Positions 32,696 through 42,786 are shown, counted from the first letter of the stretch. The stretch: 64,000 nt of DNA from Actinomycetota bacterium (GCA_021325455.1 JAJPHD010000018.1:103838-167837), one strand, 5' to 3'. Notes: generated by a model not told the origin, from the letters alone. A program made the numbers and translations.

Positions 32696-34294
32696 ATGTC
32701 CATCGCCGTCGATCCGGGTGCGATCGTCGCCTTGCGCCGGGCCCGGTTCCGGCACCGCCTGGCCAACATTGATTTCTTCGAGGCCCTCTACCGCGCCTAC
32801 CTCACGGCCATAGCGGCGGGCATCGCCGTGGTGGCCCTCTCGGGGGCGACCGGGGACAAGCCGGTGCGGGGCCACCGGCTCCTGGAGCTGACCCAGCACG
32901 GGCCGACGGTGGCCGGCTTGGTGGTGGCCATGGGCATGGCCCTTGCCCTGCGGTCAGCGGGGCGGGGTGGGCCCCTGGCCCTGGAAGCGGCCGACGTGCG
33001 CCACCTCCTGCTGGCCCCGGTGGACAGGGGAGCGGCCCTGCGGGGCCCCGCCTTCCAGCAGCTGCGGTCGGCCACCTTCGGGGGCGCTGTCCTCGGCGCC
33101 ATAGTGGGGATAGTGGCCTGGCGCGTGCTCCCCGGGTCCCCGGTGGCCTGGGTGCTGGCCTGCGGGGCCACCGGGGGGCTGGCGGGCATGGGCGCCATAG
33201 GGATCGGCCTGGCGGCCTCGGGCCGGCGGGCTGGCCGCCTGGCGTGCGGGGCCGGGGGGGTGGCCGTCATCGGCTGGTCGGTGGCCGACCTGCTGGTGCC
33301 CATGCGGACCTCCCCGTTCACCCTCCTCGGCGAGCTGGCTCTCTGGCCCCTCCACGTGGACCTCGTGGCCCTGGTGGGGGTGGGTGTGGCGGTAGGCCTC
33401 GGCGCCCTGGGGCTGAGCCAGGTCGGCGGGCTGTCCATCGAGGCCGCCGAGCGCCGGGCCTCGCTGGTGGGCCAGCTGCGCTTCGCGGCCACCACCCGGG
33501 ACCTGCGCACGGTGATGGTGCTGCGCCGGCAGCTGTCCCAGGAGCGCCCCCGCCGGCGGCCCTGGCTCCCCGTGGCCCGCCGACCTGGCCGCACCCTGGG
33601 ACTGGCCGTCTGGAAGAGGGGCTGGCAGGGTGTCCTGCGCTGGCCCGGACGGCGGTACCTGCGGCTGGGGATCCTCGGGGCGGTGGCTGGCACCTGCATG
33701 CGCCTGGTGTGGTCGGGGACCATCCCCCTGGTGGTGGTGGCGGCCCTGGCCCTGTGGGTGGCGGCCCTCGATGCGGTGGAGCCGCTGTCCCAGGAGGTGG
33801 ACCGCCGTGACCGGCTCTCGTCCTTCCCCCGGCCCGAGGGATGGGTCCTGGTCCGCCACCTGGTCCTTCCCTCCCTGATCATGGTCGTGGTGTGCCTGGT
33901 GGGGCTGGGCGCGGCGCTCGGCTTCGGTGGGCACCTGGACGTGGCCGCCGCCGTGGGGGGGGCCAGCGTCGTGCCGGCGGCCCTTGCCGCCACGGCGGGG
34001 GCGGCCGTGAGCGTGGTGCGGGAGCCCCAGGTGGCCGAGGTCGACCTGGCCATGCCCGAGATCACCGGCTTGAAGACCCTGGTGCGGGAGCTGCTGCCGC
34101 CGGCCATCGCCTTCGTGGGCCTGGTCCCTGTTCTCTTTGCCTACCACGCCGCCACCCACGGCCAGCCCCCGGTGGAGGCGGTCATCAACCCCGCTCTGGC
34201 CTGCCTGGTGGCCCCCATCGGCGCCTTCAGCTGGTTGGCCCGCCGGCCCATGAGGCCGGCCGGCCCCGCGCCCGAGGGGGTGGGCCACGCGTGA
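32696..34294 (+). CDS. Polytopic membrane protein, putative permease partner of the downstream ABC ATPase
   Basis: 532 aa with many hydrophobic helices separated by Arg-rich loops. Its stop overlaps the ATPase GTG (GTGA at 34291-34294). No family recognised with confidence. Confidence 0.6.
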   Translation: MSIAVDPGAIVALRRARFRHRLANIDFFEALYRAYLTAIAAGIAVVALSGATGDKPVRGHRLLELTQHGPTVAGLVVAMGMALALRSAGRGGPLALEAADVRHLLLAPVDRGAALRGPAFQQLRSATFGGAVLGAIVGIVAWRVLPGSPVAWVLACGATGGLAGMGAIGIGLAASGRRAGRLACGAGGVAVIGWSVADLLVPMRTSPFTLLGELALWPLHVDLVALVGVGVAVGLGALGLSQVGGLSIEAAERRASLVGQLRFAATTRDLRTVMVLRRQLSQERPRRRPWLPVARRPGRTLGLAVWKRGWQGVLRWPGRRYLRLGILGAVAGTCMRLVWSGTIPLVVVAALALWVAALDAVEPLSQEVDRRDRLSSFPRPEGWVLVRHLVLPSLIMVVVCLVGLGAALGFGGHLDVAAAVGGASVVPAALAATAGAAVSVVREPQVAEVDLAMPEITGLKTLVRELLPPAIAFVGLVPVLFAYHAATHGQPPVEAVINPALACLVAPIGAFSWLARRPMRPAGPAPEGVGHA

Positions 34295-35133
34295 GCTCCC
34301 GGGGCCCGGGGACGGGGAAGGGCATGCCTGCCGGCGGCAGCCGCAAGGCGGGCAGGGCCCGGGACGCCCGCTCGGGCGAGGCCACCGCCACCGCTCCTGA
34401 GCCCGAGCGCCCCCTCCCCACCGCCAGAGGGGTCGACCGCCGGCCCTCCGAGCGGCGGAAGGGGCCCGCCCTCGTCGCCGAGGGAGTCACCAAGGACTAC
34501 GGGGACATCGTGGCCCTGGACCACCTGAGCGTGAAGCTGGGCCGGGGTGAACGGGTCATGGTGGTCGGCCCCAACGGGTCGGGCAAGACCACCTTCATCC
34601 GCATAGCCGCCGGGCTGCTGGAGCCCACCGGGGGGGAGCTGAGGGTGCTCGGGGCGGTGGCCGGGTCGCTGGAGGCCCGCTCGGTCACCTCCTACATCTC
34701 GGACAACCCCGTCCTCTACGACGACCTCTCGGTCATCGAGCACCTTGAGTACGTCGCCCGCCTGCACGGGGCCGGGGACTGGGTCGACCGGGGATGGGAG
34801 GTGCTGGAACGCCTGGGCCTGGACGGGCGGGCCGACGACCTGCCTGCCCGCTTCAGCCGGGGCCTCAGGCAAAAGACCGCCATCGCCCTCGGCCTCTGCC
34901 GTCCTTTCTCCGTCCTGCTGGTGGACGAGCCCTTCGTGGGCCTGGACGCCCCGGGACGGGAGGCGCTGCTGGCCCTGCTGGACGAGGAGGCGGCCCGGGG
35001 AGCCTCCATCGTCGTGGCCACCCACTCCCTCGATTTCGCCTCCCAAGCCGACCGGTGCCTGGGCTTGCGGGACGGCTCCCTGGCCTACGATGGGCCCGCC
35101 ACGGCGGCCACCGTCTCCCAGCTGGTGAGCTGA
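34291..35133 (+). CDS. ABC transporter ATP-binding protein with basic disordered N-terminal extension
   Basis: Walker A GPNGSGKTT, signature FSRGLRQK, Walker B LLVDEPFVGLD. Start at GTG 34291 or ATG 34324. No in-frame start lies closer to the ABC domain. Confidence 0.85.
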   Translation: MSSRGPGTGKGMPAGGSRKAGRARDARSGEATATAPEPERPLPTARGVDRRPSERRKGPALVAEGVTKDYGDIVALDHLSVKLGRGERVMVVGPNGSGKTTFIRIAAGLLEPTGGELRVLGAVAGSLEARSVTSYISDNPVLYDDLSVIEHLEYVARLHGAGDWVDRGWEVLERLGLDGRADDLPARFSRGLRQKTAIALGLCRPFSVLLVDEPFVGLDAPGREALLALLDEEAARGASIVVATHSLDFASQADRCLGLRDGSLAYDGPATAATVSQLVS

Positions 35134-35167
35134 GGATCCCGATGGCCGCCCCCAAGGGGGTCCGGGC

Positions 35168-35734
35168 CTAGCACCCCGGCTCCGCCTGGTGCCGCAGGGA
35201 GGAGAGCTCCTCCACCAGGCGCTGCAGCTCGGCGCTCACGTGCTCGAGGCGCTCGCCGCGCCCGTTGTCCCTGGCCTCCCGCCGGGCCATCAGGGCCCGC
35301 ACCTCGGTGCTGAGGGCGGTGGCCAGGTGCTCGATGCGCCGGCAAGCGTCGTGCACCTCCCGGGCCAGGGCCGCCGTGCGGGCCTGGACCTCGCCTTCCA
35401 GCTCAGCCCCCAGCGCCACGACCGCGGTGTGGATCCTCGCCGTCAGCTCGGGCACGAAGTCGGGGGGAAGGACGGCGGGGGCGGGCGGGGGCGGAGGATG
35501 CATGTGAGGGTGCCGGTCGTCTCCCCAGCTCAGCTGGTCGAGGCGGGCGTTGAGGGTCTGGCTCAGCCGGGCCACGGTGCCGGCCAACCGGGTCAGGTCG
35601 GTCCGCAGGCCGACGGCCAGGTCGGCCACCTCGTCCAGGCGGTCCCGCAGCTGGCCCAGCTCGGGGGTGGCCCCGTCGCCGACAGGAGGAGCCCCCGTCC
35701 CCATGTCCACGGCTTGGCCCCCGACGAGCTCCAT
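35168..35734 (-). CDS. Hypothetical coiled-coil protein with His/Pro-rich linker
   Basis: ATG at 35734. Two heptad-like helical segments are separated by DDRHPHMHPPPPPAP. No family assigned. Confidence 0.5.
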   Translation of the reverse strand: MELVGGQAVDMGTGAPPVGDGATPELGQLRDRLDEVADLAVGLRTDLTRLAGTVARLSQTLNARLDQLSWGDDRHPHMHPPPPPAPAVLPPDFVPELTARIHTAVVALGAELEGEVQARTAALAREVHDACRRIEHLATALSTEVRALMARREARDNGRGERLEHVSAELQRLVEELSSLRHQAEPGC

Positions 35735-35795
35735 CCCACCATGCTAAGTAGCGCGCCGGGCGCACCGGGGGACCTTGCAGCCTGGTGGGGTCCGC

Positions 35796-36560
35796 TCAGC
35801 CCACCTTGGGGCCGAGCCGGGCGGGTGCAGACCTAGGGCGTGCCGGGCGGCGGGGGCCCAAGCGGTGGCGGATCCCCCACCAGGTGACCAGCATCATGGC
35901 CTCCGCCACGATGGTGCCCGACATCTTCGAGGCTCCCCGGCACCTCTCCATGAAGCAGATGGGAACCTCGGCGATGCGGGCGCCTGTCTGGCGGGCCCGG
36001 TAGGCCATCTCCACCTGGAACCCGTACCCGTCGGCCTGGACCGACCCCAGGTCCAGCTCGCCCAGCAGGGACGAACGGTAGGCCCGGAACCCGGAGGTGG
36101 CGTCCATGATGCCCAGGGCCAAGGCCCGCCGGGCATAGAGGTTTCCGAGGCGGGAAAGGGCGAGGCGATGCGGGGCCCAGTCGGGGAGGGACCCGCCCGG
36201 GACGTAGCGGGAGCCGATGACCAGGTCGTAGCCCGCCTCCAGGGTGGCAAGCAGACGGGGTATGTCCCCCGGATCGTGGGACAGGTCGGCATCCATCTCC
36301 ACCACGGCCTCGTAACCCCGTTCCAGGGCCCAGGTGAAACCGGCCACATAGGCGCTGCCGAGGCCGGCCTTGGCCGGGCGGCGGACCAGGTGGACGCCTC
36401 CCACCTCGGCACCGGTGGCCAGGGCCAGGTCACCCGTCCCGTCAGGGCTGGCGTCGTCCACCACGAGAAGATCGCTCTGGGTGGCGCCCCGGGCCCGGCG
36501 AAGGACGGGCGCGATGTTCTCTGCCTCCTGGTAGGTGGGCAGGATCACGACCGAGCGCAT
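35796..36560 (-). CDS. ppm1: Polyprenol-phosphate mannosyltransferase (GT2; Ppm1/Dpm1-like)
   Basis: GT2 motifs: VVILPTYQEAENI, VVDDASPDGT, EMDADLSHDP, VIGSRY. Confidence 0.85.
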   Translation of the reverse strand: MRSVVILPTYQEAENIAPVLRRARGATQSDLLVVDDASPDGTGDLALATGAEVGGVHLVRRPAKAGLGSAYVAGFTWALERGYEAVVEMDADLSHDPGDIPRLLATLEAGYDLVIGSRYVPGGSLPDWAPHRLALSRLGNLYARRALALGIMDATSGFRAYRSSLLGELDLGSVQADGYGFQVEMAYRARQTGARIAEVPICFMERCRGASKMSGTIVAEAMMLVTWWGIRHRLGPRRPARPRSAPARLGPKVG

Positions 36561-36588
36561 GGGAGGTCCCTGATCCCGCGCAGGCTAC

Positions 36589-37746
36589 CTACCGTCGCTC
36601 GTCGAGCGCTCCCACCACGTGGTCGATGCAGGAGGTGAGGGCGGCCACGTCCTCGGGATCGATGGCGGGGAACATGGCTATCCGCAGCTGGTTGCGGCCG
36701 AGCTTGCGGTAGGGGTCGGTGTCGAGGATGCCATTGGCCCGCAGGACAGCGGTGACCGCCGTCGCCTCCAGGGGGGGGTCCAGGTCGATGGTGGCCACGA
36801 CGTGGCTCCGCTCGCTGGGCTTGGCCACGAAGGGGCGGGCGTAGGGGGAGGCCTCGGCCCACCCGTAGAGGATCTCGGCGGAGCGGTCGCACCGGGAGGC
36901 GGCCCACTCCAGGCCCCCCTGGGCCAGGATCCACTCGACCTGGTTGACCATCAAGAAGATCGTGGCCAGCGAGGGGGTGTTGTAGGTCTGGTCCTTGGCC
37001 GAGTTGTCAATGGCAGTTACCAGATCGAGGAAGGGGGGGATCCATCGACCGGAGGCGGCAATGGACCTGGCCCGCTCCACCGCAAGGGGGGAGAGGAGGG
37101 CTACCCACAGCCCGCCGTCGGAGGCGAAGCACTTCTGGGGTGCGAAGTAGTAGGCGTCCACCTGGGAAGGGTCGAGGCGCAGGCCGCCCGCCGCCGAGGT
37201 GGCGTCCACTGCCACCAGGGCCTGCCCGCTGCCGGCCGGGGCGGGCCGGCGCACCTCCATGGCCACTCCCGTGGAGGTCTCGTTGTGGGTGAAGGCGTAG
37301 AGGTCGACATCGGGGTTGGGACGGGACTCCGGATGGGTCCCGACCGGCGACTCGATGATCTCGGGCGGGCTGAGGTGGGGGGCAGCGGCAGCAGCGGCGG
37401 CGAAGCGGGAGGAGAACTCGCCGAACACGAGGTGCTGGCTACGGCGCTCGATCAGCCCCAGCGTGGCCACGTCCCAGAAGCAGGTGGTGCCGCCGTTGCC
37501 CAGGACCACCTCGTAGCCGGCCGGAAGGTGGAAGAGCTCGGCCAGGCCCGAGCGGAGCCGCCCCACCATGGACCTCACCGCCCGCTGGCGGTGGCTCGTG
37601 CCGAGGTAGGTGGGGGAGGCCTCGGCCAGGGCCGCCACGGCCTCGGGGCGGACCTTGGACGGCCCCGAGCCGAACCTGCCGTCGGAAGGCAGCAAGGAGG
37701 CGGGTATGCGGATGTCCGGTGGGGATGACGGGACGTGCTGGCTCAC
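36589..37746 (-). CDS. serC: Phosphoserine aminotransferase (actinobacterial type)
   Basis: The sequence [24 protein letters not shown] is typical of actinobacterial SerC. GTG 37746 is the only GTG/ATG start upstream of the conserved N-terminal motif; an in-frame TTG about 18 codons downstream is a weaker alternative. Confidence 0.9.
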   Translation of the reverse strand: MSQHVPSSPPDIRIPASLLPSDGRFGSGPSKVRPEAVAALAEASPTYLGTSHRQRAVRSMVGRLRSGLAELFHLPAGYEVVLGNGGTTCFWDVATLGLIERRSQHLVFGEFSSRFAAAAAAAPHLSPPEIIESPVGTHPESRPNPDVDLYAFTHNETSTGVAMEVRRPAPAGSGQALVAVDATSAAGGLRLDPSQVDAYYFAPQKCFASDGGLWVALLSPLAVERARSIAASGRWIPPFLDLVTAIDNSAKDQTYNTPSLATIFLMVNQVEWILAQGGLEWAASRCDRSAEILYGWAEASPYARPFVAKPSERSHVVATIDLDPPLEATAVTAVLRANGILDTDPYRKLGRNQLRIAMFPAIDPEDVAALTSCIDHVVGALDERR

Positions 37747-37755
37747 TGTGCCAGC

Positions 37756-38994
37756 ATGGCAGGAGTGAGAGCGGAGCCCGTAACCGGCCTACCCGGCATC
37801 TCCTCCCGGGTCGCTGGGGTCACCCCGTCAGCCACCCTGGCCATAGACGCCAGGGCCAAGGCCCTCAAGGCGGCCGGCCAGGACATCATCGGGTTCGGGG
37901 CCGGGGAACCGGACTTCCCCACGCCCCCCCACATCGTGGAGGCAGCCATGGCCGCCTGCCGCGATCCCGCCAACCACCGCTATACGCCCACTGCCGGGCT
38001 GCCCGAGCTGCGGGAGGCCGTGGCGGCCAGGACGGCCAGCGACAGTGGCCTGGAGGTGAGCCCGTCCCAGGTCCTCATCACCAACGGGGCCAAGCACGCC
38101 GTCTTCAACGCCTTGGCCACCTTGGTGGACCCGGGGGACGAGGTCCTCCTGCCCGCCCCCTACTGGACGACCTACCCCGAGGCGGTGGCCCTGGCCGGTG
38201 GGAGGCCGGTGGTCGTGCCGGCCGGCCAGGACCAGGGGTTCCGCGTGGGCGTGGACCAGTTGGAGGCGGCCCGCACGGCTCGTACGAAGGTGCTGGTCTT
38301 CGTTTCCCCCTCCAACCCCTCCGGGGCCGTGTACCGGCCCGAGGAGGTGGAGGCCATCGGCCGGTGGGCCGCCGGCGCCGGGGTCTGGGTGGTAGCTGAT
38401 GAGATCTACCAGCGCCTCGTGTACGGGGAGCACCGGCCGGTGTCCATGCCCGCCGCCGTCCCGGAGGTGGCGGGGCGCTGCGTGGTCGTGAGCGGGGTGG
38501 CCAAGGCCTACGCCATGACCGGATGGCGGGTGGGGTGGATGATCGGGCCCGACCACGTGGTGGCGGCCGCCGCCGGCCTCCAGTCCCACATGACCTCCAA
38601 CGTGGCCAACGTGGCCCAGCGGGCGGCCCTGGCCGCCCTCACCGGTGACCAGGGCCCCGTGGAGGCCATGCGGCAAGCCTTCGACCGGCGCCGGCGGCGC
38701 ATCTGGGCCCTCCTGAGCGAGGTTCCCGGCGTCTCCTGCCTGGAACCGGAAGGGGCCTTCTATGCCTTTCCCTCGCTGGCCGGCCTCCTGGGACGGCCCT
38801 TCGGGGGCGGGAGGCGGCCGTCCAGCACCTTGGAGCTGGCCGAGGCGGTGCTGGAGCGGGCGGGGGTGGTCTTCGTGCCGGGAGAGGCCTTCGGGGCAGC
38901 CGGCTACGGCCGGTTCTCCTATGCCCTGTCCGACCCCGACCTCGAGGAGGGGATCACCCGGCTGGCCAAGCTGGCTGCGCAGGCGGTGGGCTAG
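37756..38994 (+). CDS. Pyridoxal-phosphate-dependent aminotransferase class I (aspartate aminotransferase-like)
   Basis: ATG at 37756. Motifs [17 protein letters not shown], and the PLP-lysine region [16 protein letters not shown]. Confidence 0.9.
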   Translation: MAGVRAEPVTGLPGISSRVAGVTPSATLAIDARAKALKAAGQDIIGFGAGEPDFPTPPHIVEAAMAACRDPANHRYTPTAGLPELREAVAARTASDSGLEVSPSQVLITNGAKHAVFNALATLVDPGDEVLLPAPYWTTYPEAVALAGGRPVVVPAGQDQGFRVGVDQLEAARTARTKVLVFVSPSNPSGAVYRPEEVEAIGRWAAGAGVWVVADEIYQRLVYGEHRPVSMPAAVPEVAGRCVVVSGVAKAYAMTGWRVGWMIGPDHVVAAAAGLQSHMTSNVANVAQRAALAALTGDQGPVEAMRQAFDRRRRRIWALLSEVPGVSCLEPEGAFYAFPSLAGLLGRPFGGGRRPSSTLELAEAVLERAGVVFVPGEAFGAAGYGRFSYALSDPDLEEGITRLAKLAAQAVG

Positions 38995-39028
38995 CTGGAC
39001 GCCCGCCCGGGTAGGGGACAGCGGTCGC

Positions 39029-39050
39029 ACGAGGTTGTTACTATCCTCGT
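39029..39050 (+). promoter_or_regulatory. Inverted repeat ACGAGG-N10-CCTCGT bracketing a -10-like TACTAT upstream of sufB (candidate operator/promoter)
   Basis: The arms are 39029-39034 and 39045-39050. The AT-rich spacer TTGTTACTAT contains TACTAT (39039-39044). The element lies 52 nt upstream of the sufB ATG. Confidence 0.35.
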
Positions 39051-39101
39051 AGGGGAAATACCTGGACCGGACGCCCAGCGACCGGAGGAGCTGATCGCCT
39101 G

Positions 39102-40508
39102 ATGGCAACGACTACGACCGACTTGGACCTTGGCCGCTACAAGCTGGGGTGGAGCGACGTAGAGGAGTACGTCTTCAAGCCCAAGAAGGGCCTCAACACC
39201 GACATCGTCCGGGAGATGTCCTGGATGAAGGGGGAGCCCGACTGGATGCGCGACTTCCGGCTCAAGGCCCTGCGCCACTTCGAGCGCAAGCCCATGGCGC
39301 CCTGGTTCGCAGTCAACATGCCCGACATCGACTTCGATGACATCTACTACTACATCAAGCCCATCGACAAGCAGGTGGACGCCTGGGAGCAGCTGCCCGC
39401 CTCGGTGAAGGCCACCTACGAGAAGCTCGGCATACCCGAGGCCGAGCGCAAGTACCTGGCCGGCGTCACCGCCCAGTACGAGAGCGAGGTCGTCTACCAC
39501 AGGAACAGGGACGACCTGGCCAAGCAGGGCGTGCTGTTCTGCGACATGGACACCGCCCTGCGGGAGTACCCCGAGATAGTGAAGGCCTACTTCGGCACGG
39601 TGATCCCGCCCAATGACAACAAGTTCGCCGCCCTCAACTCAGCCGTGTGGTCGGGCGGCTCGTTCATCTACGTGCCTCCCGGCGTGAAGGTGGAGATGCC
39701 GCTGCAGGCCTACTTCCGCATCAACGCCGAGAACATGGGCCAGTTCGAGCGGACCCTGATCATCGCCGACGAGGGGGCTCAGGTCCACTACATAGAGGGG
39801 TGCTCGGCTCCCGTCTACACCAGCGACTCCCTGCACTCGGCGGTGGTAGAGCTGGTGGCCAAGCGGGGGGCCCGCATCACCTACACCACCATCCAGAACT
39901 GGTCGTCCAACGTCTACAACCTGGTGACCAAGCGGGCCCGTGCCGACGCCGAGGCCCACGTGGAGTGGATCGACGGCAACATCGGCTCCCGGCTCACCAT
40001 GAAGTACCCCTCGGTGTACCTCATGGGCCCCAAGGCCTCGGGAGAGGTCCTGTCCGTGGCCTATGCCGGGCCCGGCCAGCACCAGGACGCCGGAGCCAAG
40101 ATGATCCATGCCGCCCCCGAGACCTCCTCCACGATCGTCTCCAAGTCCATCTCGAAGGACGGCGGCATCACCACCTACCGGGGCCTGGTCCATGTGGACG
40201 AGGGGGCGCACCATGCCAAGAGCTTCGTTCGCTGTGACGCCTTGATCCTGGACGAGCAGTCGACCTCCCGGACTCTGCCCTACATGGAGGTGGGGGAGAG
40301 AGACGCCCAGATCGGCCACGAGGCCACGGTGTCCAAGGTGGGCGACGACCAGCTCTTCTACCTGATGAGCCGGGGCCTCTCCGAGCAGCAGGCCATGGGC
40401 ATGATCGTCAACGGCTTCATCGAGCCCGTGACCCGCACCCTGCCCATGGAGTACGCCGTGGAATGGAGCCGGCTCATCGAACTGCAGATGGAGGGAGCGG
40501 TCGGCTAG
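39102..40508 (+). CDS. sufB: Fe-S cluster assembly scaffold protein SufB
   Basis: Full-length SufB by eye ([16 protein letters not shown]; [23 protein letters not shown]; [15 protein letters not shown]; [21 protein letters not shown]). No intein. Confidence 0.95.
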   Translation: MATTTTDLDLGRYKLGWSDVEEYVFKPKKGLNTDIVREMSWMKGEPDWMRDFRLKALRHFERKPMAPWFAVNMPDIDFDDIYYYIKPIDKQVDAWEQLPASVKATYEKLGIPEAERKYLAGVTAQYESEVVYHRNRDDLAKQGVLFCDMDTALREYPEIVKAYFGTVIPPNDNKFAALNSAVWSGGSFIYVPPGVKVEMPLQAYFRINAENMGQFERTLIIADEGAQVHYIEGCSAPVYTSDSLHSAVVELVAKRGARITYTTIQNWSSNVYNLVTKRARADAEAHVEWIDGNIGSRLTMKYPSVYLMGPKASGEVLSVAYAGPGQHQDAGAKMIHAAPETSSTIVSKSISKDGGITTYRGLVHVDEGAHHAKSFVRCDALILDEQSTSRTLPYMEVGERDAQIGHEATVSKVGDDQLFYLMSRGLSEQQAMGMIVNGFIEPVTRTLPMEYAVEWSRLIELQMEGAVG

Positions 40509-41979
40509 GGCCCTGGTCGTCCGGCCCCACCGCCAGGGCCGGTAGCGCCACCCGGAAGGTGGCTCCCCGGCCCGGCTCGGTGTCGACGCTCACGGAGCCG
40601 CCGTGCGCCTCGGTGATGGCGGCCACGATCGACAGTCCCAGCCCCGCCCCTCCGCCCTGGCCCCGGACCCGCGAGGAGTCAGCCCGGTAGAAGCGCTCGA
40701 AGACCCGGGCGGCGTCGGAGGCGGAGAGGCCGGGCCCCCGGTCCGAGACCTCCAGCAGGGCCCGGTCGCCGTCGAGCCGGGCCGACACGGCGACCGGCGT
40801 GCCGGCCGGTGTGTGCTGGCGGGCATTGGCGAGCAGGTTGGTGGCCACCTGGTGCAGGCGTCCCTCGTCGCCGACCACCGGCACCTCAGAGGGGGCCTGC
40901 AGGCTGATGGGCCGGGCGGGATCGGCCACCCTGGCGTCGGCCACCGCTCGGGCGGCCACCACGGCCAGGTCGACCCGCTCTCTCTCCAGGGGACGGCCCT
41001 GGTCCAGGCGGGCCAGGAGCAGGAGGTCGTCCACCAGGGAGCCCATGCGGAGGGATTCGTCCTCGATGCGGCGCATGGCTAAGGCCAGGTCCTCGGGGTG
41101 CTCGGAGGCACCGCGCCTGAACAGCTCGGCATAGCCCCGGATGGAGGTGAGAGGTGTGCGCAGCTCGTGAGAGGCATCCCCCACGAAGCGCCGCAGGCGG
41201 TCCTCGGACTCCCTCTGGGCAGCGAAGGCCTCCTCGATACGGGCCAGCATGGCGTTGAGCGCCAGCCCCAGGCGCCCCACCTCCGTAGCCGGGTTGGCCT
41301 CCTCGACGCGCTGGGAGAGGTCCCCGGCGGCGATGGCCCCGGCGGTCCGGCCCATCTCGTCCAGCGGTCTCAAGCCCACCCGCACGAGCCACCGCGAGAC
41401 CAGGGCCACCAGGGCCAGTATGGCCACTGTCACCAGGGCCTCGACCGCCTCCAGGCGTCCCACCGTGGCGTTGATGCCGGACAGGGAGGTGGCGAGCACC
41501 AGCGTCCCCTGCCGGACCGGCTCGGCCACGGCCCTCCAGGTCCCCCCTCCGGCCACTGCCCGCACGGTGGAGGGGCCTCCCCCTCGTAGCAGCCGGGCGG
41601 GCAGCCGGGGAGGCGGAGGGGAGGGCTGGCCGGGGGGCGGCAGGGTGAGGCTGAGCCGGCGCTCCCCGTTGACCAGGAGGGCGGCGTAGGCAGCCGTCCC
41701 CCCCAGCACCTGCGCCGCACCGGGGCCGTTCAGCTCCCGGACCAGCAACCGGGGCCTCAGGGCCGCCGTGGACAGCTGCTGGTCGACCCGGCCTATCAGG
41801 TAGGAGCGCAGGGCCGTGGCGGCGGCGGCATCGGAGACCACCAGGCCCACCGTCACCAGGACCAGGACTCCGGCCAGGATCCGGGCCCGGAGGGAGAGGC
41901 GGCGGAGCCGCCGCCCGGCGCGTCTCACCGACCCGGTCAGCGCCCTCGCCGGGGAGAGGAGCTCATCTCCCCTTGGCAT
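40474..41979 (-). CDS. Sensor histidine kinase (TM-sensor-TM-HAMP-HisKA-HATPase)
   Basis: H-box [20 protein letters not shown]-box [12 protein letters not shown]-boxes DRGPGL and GLGLSIV. The start overlaps the RR stop by 17 nt. The 3' end overlaps the sufB 3' end by 35 nt, convergently. Confidence 0.85.
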   Translation of the reverse strand: MPRGDELLSPARALTGSVRRAGRRLRRLSLRARILAGVLVLVTVGLVVSDAAAATALRSYLIGRVDQQLSTAALRPRLLVRELNGPGAAQVLGGTAAYAALLVNGERRLSLTLPPPGQPSPPPPRLPARLLRGGGPSTVRAVAGGGTWRAVAEPVRQGTLVLATSLSGINATVGRLEAVEALVTVAILALVALVSRWLVRVGLRPLDEMGRTAGAIAAGDLSQRVEEANPATEVGRLGLALNAMLARIEEAFAAQRESEDRLRRFVGDASHELRTPLTSIRGYAELFRRGASEHPEDLALAMRRIEDESLRMGSLVDDLLLLARLDQGRPLERERVDLAVVAARAVADARVADPARPISLQAPSEVPVVGDEGRLHQVATNLLANARQHTPAGTPVAVSARLDGDRALLEVSDRGPGLSASDAARVFERFYRADSSRVRGQGGGAGLGLSIVAAITEAHGGSVSVDTEPGRGATFRVALPALAVGPDDQGPSRPLPPSAVR

Positions 41980-42676
41980 CGGGGGGAACGCGCAAGCTGT
42001 AACCGACGCCCCGGATGGTGTGGATCAAAGGGGGGGCGGTCCCATCCACCTTCTTGCGCAGGTAGCTGATGTAGGTCTCCACGACGTTGGGGTCACCCCC
42101 GAAGTCGTACTGCCAGACGTGGTCGAGGATCTGGGCCTTGGACACCACCCGGCGGGCGTTCAGGAGCAGGTATCGCAAGAGCTTGAACTCCGTGGGGGTC
42201 AGCTCCACCAGGCGCCCGTCGCGGCGGACCTCGTGGGTGTCCTCGTCCATCTCCAGGCCGGCGAAGCTGAGCCGGCTGCTGGCAGGGCCGGCCCCCGAGC
42301 GGCGCAGCACGGCCCGTACCCGTTCCATCAGCTCTTCCAGGCTGAAGGGCTTGGTCACGTAGTCGTCCCCGCCCAGGCGGAGCCCGCCCACCTTGTCCTC
42401 GGTGGCATCCCGGGCGGTGAGGAAGATAACCGGCACGGCCAGGCCCTCCCCCCGGAGCCTTCTCACCACCTCGAAGCCGTCCAGGTCGGGGAGCATTATG
42501 TCCAGCACGATGAGGTCGGGAGGCCATTCCGCTACCTTGCCCAGGGCGGCCCGGCCGGTGGAGGCAACCTCCACCGCGAACCCCTCGTAGCGGAGGGCCG
42601 TGCTGACCAGCTCCGTGATGGTGGGCTCGTCGTCCACCACCAGGAGCCGGGGTGTCGGGGTGGAGGCAGTGCTCAT
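41963..42676 (-). CDS. OmpR/PhoB-family response regulator
   Basis: Receiver domain (LLVVDDEP.., DLIVLDIMLPDLDG, TARD, KPF) and winged-helix output domain (LTPTEFKLLRYLL..; IHTIRGVGYSL). Confidence 0.9.
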   Translation of the reverse strand: MSTASTPTPRLLVVDDEPTITELVSTALRYEGFAVEVASTGRAALGKVAEWPPDLIVLDIMLPDLDGFEVVRRLRGEGLAVPVIFLTARDATEDKVGGLRLGGDDYVTKPFSLEELMERVRAVLRRSGAGPASSRLSFAGLEMDEDTHEVRRDGRLVELTPTEFKLLRYLLLNARRVVSKAQILDHVWQYDFGGDPNVVETYISYLRKKVDGTAPPLIHTIRGVGYSLRVPPDAKGR

Positions 42677-42692
42677 GGCTCGGCTGGCACCG

Positions 42693-42786
42693 CCCAGGCT
42701 GACGGGGGAACCTGTGCGCAGCCTGGGAGAAGCCTGGGTGCTCCCGCAGAGAAGAGTCCCCAGGTCAGCCTAGAAGTCAGCCTTCC
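42693..42786. promoter_or_regulatory. Array of five GTCAGCCTGGG-derived repeats in the divergent RR / Cys-rich-ORF promoter region
   Basis: One perfect inverted copy lies at 42693-42703. Direct copies lie at 42717-42727 (9/11), 42728-42738 (8/11), 42764-42774 (9/11) and 42776-42786 (8/11). The two direct pairs are spaced 11 and 12 nt. Confidence 0.45.
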
